The notes below the pieces were generated by a model that ran no database searches, was not told the DNA's origin, and saw only the letters and a program-made list of their open reading frames with translations. 22,717 nucleotides of DNA. Origin: Nitrospiraceae bacterium (lineage in GTDB: Bacteria; Nitrospirota; Nitrospiria; Nitrospirales; Nitrospiraceae). The stretch is taken from NCBI GenBank assembly GCA_050246315.1, contig JBFWWG010000025.1, positions 1 through 22,717 on the forward strand, written 5' to 3'. Positions 1-7,150 of this stretch are shown here, in pieces; position 1 is the stretch's first letter, and the number at the start of each line of letters is the position of its first letter. Position numbers and translations under genes: made by a program.

Positions 1-37
1 TCCCTATTCTTTAACACCAAACAGGGGGAGGTTCCAA

Positions 38-53
38 CTGCCAAAGGTGACAG
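38..53. promoter_or_regulatory. Candidate transcription-factor palindrome CTGCCA-N4-TGACAG
   Basis: Near-identical to the perfect palindrome at 894-909. On the minus strand it is followed at similar spacing by an extended -10-like TGTTAAAGA (16..8), pointing at a gene beyond the left edge. Confidence 0.45.
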
Positions 54-336
54 CTTGAGGGGGAACGTCTATACCATGGCGGGAGCTAAACCTGCAATCG
101 CGCCGTGTGATCCGTTCCGCATGCGGCAAGTGATCGCGAGGTCTCGGTCGTGCCGGCCTCCAGCAGGGAGAGATGGACCGGCGGGAAATCCCCTGCTCTT
201 TCGGCACGGCCTTGGGCCTGGAGGGGTCTCTCACAGAGGCCAGGACGCACGAGGGCGGCTGTTTGAGCATGTCGGGCCTGTGCGAGACCGCTTCGATCGG
301 CATGGCCTCCGTCAATCCGATTCCTACCCCTGCGCA

Positions 337-819
337 TCACGGCGTCCCCTCCGAGCCGGAGCGTTGCAATTTCGGCGATGCCGACACGAATCGGCGTCCG
401 GCCGAGACGTCATGAATGGCCTGAGGCAAGTCGGATACCAGCCGGTCCTTGATGACGTAGGCCATCGCACCAAGAGTCATGGCTTCGCTGAGATAGTCCG
501 GGTCGTCATGGACGGTGAGGAAAATAATGCGGGTGCCGACTCCGTCGGCCCTCAGCCGTCGCGCCACGTCCAGCCCGTTCATGTTCGGCATCGTGATATC
601 CAATACCGCGATATCGGGCAGGAGTCGTTCCACAAGCTCGACCACGCCGGCTCCATCGGAAGCGGTGGCGACAATGTCGCAGGCGTCGGCCATCAACCGG
701 ACAGTATGATCGAGAAGCTGCGCGCTATCGTCGGCGAAGATCACACGCGGTCGCGTGACAGGACCGATTTTCGGTCCATCGCGAGGCGTCGTGATGAATT
801 GATTGACCATGAAGACCAC
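337..819 (-). CDS. Stand-alone response regulator receiver protein (NarL-like REC, no DNA-binding domain)
   Basis: RVIFADD acidic pocket, phospho-acceptor in DIAVLDITMP, IFLT, and YVIK Lys. The protein ends shortly after AGRRFVS with no HTH. GGAG lies 7 nt upstream of GTG 819; ATG 810 is an alternative start. Confidence 0.9.
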   Translation of the reverse strand: MVFMVNQFITTPRDGPKIGPVTRPRVIFADDSAQLLDHTVRLMADACDIVATASDGAGVVELVERLLPDIAVLDITMPNMNGLDVARRLRADGVGTRIIFLTVHDDPDYLSEAMTLGAMAYVIKDRLVSDLPQAIHDVSAGRRFVSASPKLQRSGSEGTP

Positions 820-893
820 TTCTCAACTCCGCCAGTCTCCAGAGGGAGCGAGGGGGACGCGTCACCATTACCACGGTGCGAGGTCGAGCACTA

Positions 894-909
894 CTGTCAA
901 AACTGACAG
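894..909. promoter_or_regulatory. Perfect palindrome CTGTCA-N4-TGACAG upstream of the receiver gene
   Basis: ctgtca-aaac-tgacag read directly. The minus strand shows extended -10-like TGGTAATGG at 873..865 downstream of it. Confidence 0.55.
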
Positions 910-928
910 GGTCGTTTGATCGGACGGT

Positions 929-1582
929 TCAAGCTCCGGGTGCGGAAATGAGACGCTGACGGATGGCGAATTGCACGAGATCGGCGGTGGATTTGAGCCG
1001 AAATTGCTCCATGACGCGATATTTGTGAAACGCGACCGTCCGAGGAGTCAGCCCCAACGTGACGGCTACTTCTTTCATCGAGCGTCCTTCGGCGAGGAGT
1101 TGCAAGACCTCCCGTTGCCTCGGTGTGAGCAGCCGACGAACGGATGCTGGTGCGCCGGCGCTCTTGGGGATGTCCTCGATCATGGTCGCCAGTGCGGGAC
1201 AGATGTACCGGTGTCCCTCGCGAACGGCTCGCAGAGCCTCGAACAGCCGTCGGGACGCCTCGCTTTTCAGCAGGTACCCCATGGCGCCGATTTCGATGGC
1301 GCGTCTCGCCATCTCGATGTCCTCGCTGGCCGTGAGGATGAGGAATGCGGTGTGAGGCAGCAGTTTCCTGATACGCTCCATCGCGTCCAACCCGTTCAGC
1401 AGCGGCATCGCCACGTCGGCGATCACGATGTCGGGTTTCAGTCTGAGCGCCTGCGCCACCAGGTCGCGGCCGTCGAGCGCGATCCCGGCGACGTCGTACT
1501 CCTCCTCGTCCGCCAGCAATCGCACAAAGGCGTCCAGCAGGAGCCGGTGATCGTCGGCGAGCAGGAGGCGGAATAGCTTCAT
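929..1582 (-). CDS. NarL/FixJ (LuxR-HTH) family DNA-binding response regulator
   Basis: N-terminal REC (LLADDH, IADVAMP, GYLLK) and C-terminal LuxR HTH (LTPRQREVLQLLAEGRSMKEVA...TVAFHKYRVM). Starts 7 nt after the kinase stop. Confidence 0.95.
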   Translation of the reverse strand: MKLFRLLLADDHRLLLDAFVRLLADEEEYDVAGIALDGRDLVAQALRLKPDIVIADVAMPLLNGLDAMERIRKLLPHTAFLILTASEDIEMARRAIEIGAMGYLLKSEASRRLFEALRAVREGHRYICPALATMIEDIPKSAGAPASVRRLLTPRQREVLQLLAEGRSMKEVAVTLGLTPRTVAFHKYRVMEQFRLKSTADLVQFAIRQRLISAPGA

Positions 1583-1589
1583 GCAGGTT

Positions 1590-3053
1590 TTACGGCGAAC
1601 CCGGCTCCAGCGGAACGGAGGCCTCGATCTCGGTGCCTGCTCCCGGGGCCGATCGGATCGCCAGTGTGCCGCCGACGCCGCTCACTCGCTCGGTCATGCT
1701 CACCAACCCCAGCCCGTCGCCGCATCTCACCAGGCTTGGATCGAACCCCTTGCCGTGGTCCCTGAGCCGCAAGGTCACGGCCGAGGGCTGTCCTGTCAGC
1801 AACACCTCAACCGCATCGATTCCACTATGCTTCCTGACGTTTTGCAGCCCCTCCTGCGCGACACGATACAGAGTCAAGGCGACCGCATCAGGGATGGTAC
1901 GCGGTACGGCGCGGTCCATCCAGCAGACGTGCAGGCCGTGTTCCTCCATGTCGCGGCAGAGCGCTCTCAGGGCCGGCACCAATCCGAGATGTTTCAATTT
2001 GGCGGGGTGCAGCCGATGGGACAAGTCGTGGACGTCCGACGAGAGCGCCGTCACCCGTTGTTGCATCGCCTGAATCAGCGTTTCCGCGGCGGACGTTGAA
2101 GGCGAGACCCGACCGAGCTGCCCCAACTCAACCGACAGCAACGCGAGGGTTTGATTCACATGGTCGTGCAACTCACGTGCAATCCGTCTCCGCTCTTCTT
2201 CTTGAGCCGAAATCAATCGGGCGCTGAGCCGTCGCAAGTGGTCCTCGTGTTGCTTGTGCTCCGTCATGTCCTTGGCGATGCGGGTCGCGAATCCGACCAT
2301 ACCCCGCTGATCATGGAGCCGAGCCCCATGGTCATCAAGCCACCGGATCGAGCCGTCGGGCAAGACGACCCGAAACTGCTCGTGGTATTCGCGCCGCGCG
2401 CCCCGTAGCCAGGCGGTGTACGCCTCTTCCACCCGTTCACGATCCTGCTCGTGCACGCACTTCAGCCAGAGGCGCGGGTCGCGATAAAACGCGTCCGGCT
2501 GATGACCCATGAGCGGCGTAGACTCTGTCAGACCGTGCAGCCGCTGATCACGGTCGCGCCGGGCCTTCAGGATCGACTTCGTCGTCGGCATGTTCTCGTG
2601 AACGAGCAGGACCCAGGCTCTCGGGGCATCCCCCGGCAGTTTGAAGCGACTGCCCCTCAGGAGAAACCGCTGCCGTCGTTTGGGCGCGAGATGGAGTCTG
2701 TAGGGAGCGGCAAAGCTCGTGGATGTGCCGGTCAACAATCGCCGGAGCTTGCGTTCGACAGCTCGTGCGTCCACCGCATGTTTTGGGTCAGTCTCCCGGC
2801 ACAGATCCCGATAGTGGAGTCCGACTCCGTCGGTCTTGGACTGCAACCGAAGGGTGCGCACAACGCGACGCCAGGCCTGGTTGACGTAGCGGATCACTCC
2901 TGTCCGGTCGAGCAGAACGACCGGCGCCTGGTACGCATCGATGATGGGTTGAATGACACGTTCGACCTTGTCTGAGCTGCGGAGCCTCTTTCTGGTCGGC
3001 CGCTTCGAGGACGCTCTATGCTTTTTCTCCTGCCCACGAACCGGGAACGTCAT
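1590..3053 (-). CDS. Soluble PAS-domain sensor histidine kinase (HisKA_3 / NarX-UhpB class)
   Basis: H-box EEERRRIARELHD, N-box RVAQEGLQNVRKHS, G1 DHGKGFD, G2 GLGLVSMTERV. Two PAS-like regions (VVLLDRTGVIRYVNQAW; WLKCVHEQDRERV...PDGSIRWL) and no TM segment. Start uncertain (ATG 3053 or GTG 3110). Confidence 0.92.
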   Translation of the reverse strand: MTFPVRGQEKKHRASSKRPTRKRLRSSDKVERVIQPIIDAYQAPVVLLDRTGVIRYVNQAWRRVVRTLRLQSKTDGVGLHYRDLCRETDPKHAVDARAVERKLRRLLTGTSTSFAAPYRLHLAPKRRQRFLLRGSRFKLPGDAPRAWVLLVHENMPTTKSILKARRDRDQRLHGLTESTPLMGHQPDAFYRDPRLWLKCVHEQDRERVEEAYTAWLRGARREYHEQFRVVLPDGSIRWLDDHGARLHDQRGMVGFATRIAKDMTEHKQHEDHLRRLSARLISAQEEERRRIARELHDHVNQTLALLSVELGQLGRVSPSTSAAETLIQAMQQRVTALSSDVHDLSHRLHPAKLKHLGLVPALRALCRDMEEHGLHVCWMDRAVPRTIPDAVALTLYRVAQEGLQNVRKHSGIDAVEVLLTGQPSAVTLRLRDHGKGFDPSLVRCGDGLGLVSMTERVSGVGGTLAIRSAPGAGTEIEASVPLEPGSP

Positions 3054-3232
3054 CGGCCTCGACTCATGAAAGGTTCCCCATCTAGGAATGGGGGAATGGG
3101 TACATAGCACACCCAGGACACGTTGTCACTCAACTGGAGGATCAATCACGCAGGGTCGATCAGGTCAGGAAGTGGAGTAATCTGAGCGTTGTGTAGGCGG
3201 ACGTTGTCAACATCCTGCTCGTGTTGGGTCCC

Positions 3233-3316
3233 AGAAGTTCGTTCGTGGTGAGTCTGTCGAACCATGAACGGAACTTCTTGAAAGTGGGCGCCCCTCGACA
3301 TGCTCAGGGCGAACGG
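3233..3316. repeat. REP-like palindromic repeat doublet (inverted pair)
   Basis: Unit 1, cgttcgtggtgagtctgtcgaaccatgaacg (3240-3270), sits inside a hairpin closed by agaagttc/gaacttct. Unit 2, cccctcgacatgctcagggcgaacgg (3291-3316), is an inverted relative sharing cgttcg-N3-tgag-N2-tgtcga. Confidence 0.7.
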
Positions 3317-3352
3317 ACGATCACCGGATCCTAAGGGACACAAAGCCACGGA

Positions 3353-4228
3353 TCAGAAATACAATGCCCCATAGAGAAAGGCCGTCGCCCAGTCGTTGCG
3401 GACGCCCCACCCGCTCTCGTCCTTCGGCTTGTAATCGACATCGATGCTCAAGCGATCGAACGCTCCTCCAACTGCGAAATGCTTGAACAGGCGGTACTCC
3501 AGCCCGGCATAGAATTCGTTCATCGACCCCTTCAACGTATTCACTTCGAGATAGAACCAGTCGAATCGCAGTTGCGCTTTGAGCCGGGTCGTGATGTTGT
3601 AGTTCAGCAGCACCCCGATGCTGGGGAGCGGTACCGTCAGTTTTTGGGATTCGACGCTTGAGGCCACGATCGTCCCTCCCGCACAGGAAGGTCCTCCGGC
3701 GCATACCAGGTTTCCTGCAAACAATGTGTCAAGTTTGGCGACGTACAGACCGGGGGAGATGCCCAGTTCGACTTTGTCGTTGTGATAGAAGGAATAATTA
3801 TAGATGAGCCGATAGAGTTGGATATCGAGCTTGCTCTGGATGGCCCCGCCCGCTGCGTAGGTCGTGTCGCCGATCGTGATGTCTTGGGTGAGCGTTCGAT
3901 TCCCGTCGCGATCGACATCATAGTAGCTGAAGCCGAGGCTGTGTCGATCGTTGAATCGATATTGCGCATCGATCCGCCAAAAACTGTCATCGCGCGATCC
4001 GCCGAGCGTATCGGCAAAATCCACGGTGGCTCCCACTCCTGAAGCGCCGTTGAATCGAAAAATCGTATCCGCGTTGAAAACCAGGCCGTAGCCGCCGCGG
4101 ATCATGAAGCGATCCGGGAGTTCCGGCTGGATTTCCCCTTCGGCCCGCCCAAAATCCGGAACCAGCAAGATCAATGCGAGCACGGAGAGCCACACAGACA
4201 TCATGCGAGGAAGCGGAGTGGATTTCAT
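3353..4228 (-). CDS. Outer-membrane beta-barrel protein, uncharacterised
   Basis: N-terminal hydrophobic signal, alternating aromatic/Gly beta-strands (YRLIYNYSFY, GVLLNYNIT, AGLEYRLF) and C-terminal ...LYGALYF BAM-type motif. Confidence 0.8.
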   Translation of the reverse strand: MKSTPLPRMMSVWLSVLALILLVPDFGRAEGEIQPELPDRFMIRGGYGLVFNADTIFRFNGASGVGATVDFADTLGGSRDDSFWRIDAQYRFNDRHSLGFSYYDVDRDGNRTLTQDITIGDTTYAAGGAIQSKLDIQLYRLIYNYSFYHNDKVELGISPGLYVAKLDTLFAGNLVCAGGPSCAGGTIVASSVESQKLTVPLPSIGVLLNYNITTRLKAQLRFDWFYLEVNTLKGSMNEFYAGLEYRLFKHFAVGGAFDRLSIDVDYKPKDESGWGVRNDWATAFLYGALYF

Positions 4229-4339
4229 CGGGCCTGTCCTTCTTGCCGAGGGGATGGCTAATCTCAGCAGGTCATGTCGCTGCGCAACGGTAGTGAATAC
4301 CAGCCGGTCCTGTCAAATGGCCGTGATGAGGCGGTCGGC

Positions 4340-4609
4340 CTATCCCATTTCACGCCGGGCGAGGTGGAGGTAGGCGCCGACCATGAGAAAATTGATGCCG
4401 ACCGCGACCATGTTCCAGACCATCACGGGTCGCGAGTCGATCAACCATCCGTAGTAGACCCAGAGGATCTGGAACGTGCCCATGATGGCCGCCATGGTTG
4501 GATTCATCCCCTTGCAGGACCGCCGCTTGAGCATGGCCAGCAGGTCCGGCAGTGCGGCAAACGTCGTTCCGAATCCGGCCGCGAATCCGATGATCTCGGT
4601 GAGCGACAT
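4340..4609 (-). CDS. SemiSWEET (PQ-loop/MtN3) family transporter
   Basis: 89 aa with three hydrophobic helices: IGFAAGFGTTFAALPD, LWVYYG (conserved Trp) and VWN (conserved Asn). 12 nt downstream of the DUF4136 gene. Confidence 0.85.
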   Translation of the reverse strand: MSLTEIIGFAAGFGTTFAALPDLLAMLKRRSCKGMNPTMAAIMGTFQILWVYYGWLIDSRPVMVWNMVAVGINFLMVGAYLHLARREMG

Positions 4610-4621
4610 GAAGCGGTCCCC

Positions 4622-5188
4622 TCACTTGGCTGCGGTCTTTGGAGGAAAATCCTTGTACGCTCTGGCGATGGCTTCCTCAACGAGTGCGATATTATCCTGT
4701 GCCGTATCTTCAAGGTTGGCCACCATGGTGGCGCGCCAGACCAACTCTTTCTTTTTCGGCTCCACCAGATCCGTGATGAGCGTGCCTTCTCGATATTCAT
4801 AGGTCGTGACGCCGCTGTAGCCGGCTCCCCAACCGTATCCCCCGCGCCATCCATAGGCCCCGACGGCCGGGCCGGTGCTTTCGACCCGCTGTTTGTCCTT
4901 GATCCCCATCCAGTAATGGACCAGGAGATCGGGATGCTCATCCAATGCGACCTGCTGAAGCCCTTTCTGCGTGAGCTCCCGACCAAGGATTGTTTCGAGC
5001 CGCTTGCGGGTCAGCGAATTGTCAAGCACGCCTCCCTGGTTCAGATCCGTGAGCCCTGCGAACGCAAAGGAGTGGAAGCGGGTGAAGTCCGCCGATGGAT
5101 CAAAGTCGGTCTTCACATCGATGGTCGTGCAGCCGGACAGTGCATAGCAGATCAGGATAAACAGGGTGAGAGTTTGTCGTATCGTCAT
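4622..5188 (-). CDS. DUF4136-family lipoprotein
   Basis: Lipobox LSGC, DFDPSADFTRFHSFAF, Gly/Tyr/Trp-rich loop (YGWRGGYGWGAGY) and YREGTLITDLV...LVWRA. Confidence 0.88.
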   Translation of the reverse strand: MTIRQTLTLFILICYALSGCTTIDVKTDFDPSADFTRFHSFAFAGLTDLNQGGVLDNSLTRKRLETILGRELTQKGLQQVALDEHPDLLVHYWMGIKDKQRVESTGPAVGAYGWRGGYGWGAGYSGVTTYEYREGTLITDLVEPKKKELVWRATMVANLEDTAQDNIALVEEAIARAYKDFPPKTAAK

Positions 5189-5262
5189 ACAGCGCTCCAG
5201 TGGAATTTGTAGGAGCGGTAGTGTACTTCAATCACGGCGTCACGTGCGAGAGGTCGAATCCG

Positions 5263-5415
5263 CTACCACGCTCCCGCCTCGTTCAACAGGGCCGCGATCT
5301 CGCGGTGGTCCTTTCGCCGCGCACGCTGCAACGGCGTGACGCCGCCTTGATCGGCGAGGTGGAGATCGGCCCCGACTTCAATGAGCAGGCGAACCATGAT
5401 GGTTGGCGGGCCTCC
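5263..5415 (-). pseudogene. C-terminal remnant of an ankyrin-repeat protein (YahD-like)
   Basis: GGP..MVRLLIEVGADLHLADQGGVTPLQRARRKDHREIAALLNEAGA is about 1.5 ankyrin repeats. Upstream sequence is not ankyrin-like and only ~90 nt remain before the sulfatase stop, so the 5' part is missing. Confidence 0.7.
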
Positions 5416-5508
5416 GGCCTGTTGCGGTCGAGATGATGTCGGGCAACATGAGGGAGCCGTCTCCGACGAGGGTGCCGACAAGACACCCCCGCCGGAGCGG
5501 GCAAGGTC

Positions 5509-7071
5509 TTAGTTCGGCGGGGACAGCGACTGAAGCCGCCTCATCAGTTCCATCATTTTCATCGACGTGTAGTTGATCCCGGCCGCGCTCATGCTACTCC
5601 CCTCCTGGTGAGGGTACTTGTCATAGTCCGCAAAGAAGCCCTGTATGACCCCCTGAGCGGGCACAAACAGCCACAGGTTGTCGCCGTACCAGCGGAGATA
5701 CCCCATTTCACCGTGCTTCCACATCATCTCGTACGGGTCGGCTTTGAGGTTGATAATGAGGGGCCAGTTGGGCTGGACGCGGATGCCTGTCGCGATGTTG
5801 CCCTCGAAGGTCGCGAAGTGCACCTTCCAATCGCGATAGCGGATCGCATTCAGATCCCCCGCCTGGCCGAAGTAGAAGTACTCGTTTCGCGGGCTCTTTG
5901 CTGTCTTCCCCTGGAAGAACGGCAACCAGTTGTATCCGTCGAGGTGAACCCTGAATTCCTTGCCGTTGGCCTTGTGGCCATTGAGCAGCTTCTCTTTCAC
6001 ATCAGACTCACCCGCGGCCGCGAGGAACGTCGGCATCCAATCGTTGTGGGCAATGGCATCGTTGACGAGCGTGCCTGGCTTCAGGACGCCGGGCCAACGA
6101 ACGAGTAGAGGCACGCGATGCCCACCCTCCCAATTGGTCCCCTTTTCGCCGTGGAAGGGCGTGATCCCGCCGTCCGGCCAACTGACCGTCTCGGCCCCGT
6201 TGTCGGTCGAGTACATGACGATCGTGTTCTCTGCGATCCCCAGCTCGTCAAGCTTCTTGAGCAACTGGCCGACGTGCCCGTCGTGTTCCACCATCCCGTC
6301 CGGATAGAGGCCGATGCCCGTCTTGCCGTCGCTCTCCTTCTTCAGACGGGTCCAGACGTGCATGCGGGTGCTGTTGTGCCAGAGGAAGAACGGCTTGCCC
6401 GACTTCACAGACCGGTCCATGAAGTCGAGGCTGCCGGCGAGCATCTCTTCATCGATCGTTTCCATCCGCTTGCGGGTGAGCGGCCCCGTGTCCTTGAGTT
6501 CGCCGCCGGCCGTGGATTTGATGACGCCGCGCGGGCCGTACTTCTTTTTGAATTCCGGGTCCTTCGGATAGTAGTAGGTTTCGGGCTCCTCTTCCGCATT
6601 CAAATGGTAGAGGTTGCCGAAGAACTCGTCGAAGCCATGCGCAGTGGGCATGTGCTTGTCCCGGTCTCCCAGGTGATTCTTTCCGTATTGCGCCGCGACA
6701 TAGCCATGGTTCTTCAGCAGGTCGGCAATGGTCGGCGCCCAGTCGGGGATGCCGTGCTCGCTCCCGGGCATGCCGATGGTCAGCAAGCCGGTGCGGAATG
6801 GGTGCTGGCCGAGGATGAAGGCGGCCCGCCCTGCCGTGCAGGACTGTTCGCCGTAGGCGTCGGTGAACAACGCCCCTTCCTTCGCGATCCGGTCGATATT
6901 GGGTGTCCGGTAACCCATGATGCCGTGGTTGTAGGCGCTGATATTGTGTACGCCGATGTCGTCGCCCCAGATGATGAGGATGTTCGGTTTCCGGTCCGCA
7001 GCCTGCGCCGGTGTGAAATCGATCCCTGCCAGCGCGACCGTCAGTGTCAGGATGCTGAACATCGTTTTCAT
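5509..7071 (-). CDS. Exported Cys-type arylsulfatase with CxAxR motif
   Basis: Signal peptide (AQA-ADRK), KPNILIIWGDDIG, SCTAGRAAFILG, YGKNHLGD, GFDEFFG, STDNG, GEKGTNWEGGHRVP. AGGAG RBS upstream. Confidence 0.95.
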   Translation of the reverse strand: MKTMFSILTLTVALAGIDFTPAQAADRKPNILIIWGDDIGVHNISAYNHGIMGYRTPNIDRIAKEGALFTDAYGEQSCTAGRAAFILGQHPFRTGLLTIGMPGSEHGIPDWAPTIADLLKNHGYVAAQYGKNHLGDRDKHMPTAHGFDEFFGNLYHLNAEEEPETYYYPKDPEFKKKYGPRGVIKSTAGGELKDTGPLTRKRMETIDEEMLAGSLDFMDRSVKSGKPFFLWHNSTRMHVWTRLKKESDGKTGIGLYPDGMVEHDGHVGQLLKKLDELGIAENTIVMYSTDNGAETVSWPDGGITPFHGEKGTNWEGGHRVPLLVRWPGVLKPGTLVNDAIAHNDWMPTFLAAAGESDVKEKLLNGHKANGKEFRVHLDGYNWLPFFQGKTAKSPRNEYFYFGQAGDLNAIRYRDWKVHFATFEGNIATGIRVQPNWPLIINLKADPYEMMWKHGEMGYLRWYGDNLWLFVPAQGVIQGFFADYDKYPHQEGSSMSAAGINYTSMKMMELMRRLQSLSPPN

Positions 7072-7150
7072 GCCTGCTCCTTTTCGTTGGGTTGATCTCG
7101 GCCGTCTGTTTCAAGTTTCGCCAGCCGGTCGCCCTGTGGTGAGAATGGTC

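Noticed and set aside
4310..4325. Third copy of the CTGTCA palindrome upstream of the beta-barrel gene
   Set aside because: Only one half-site matches (ctgtca-aatg-gccgtg).
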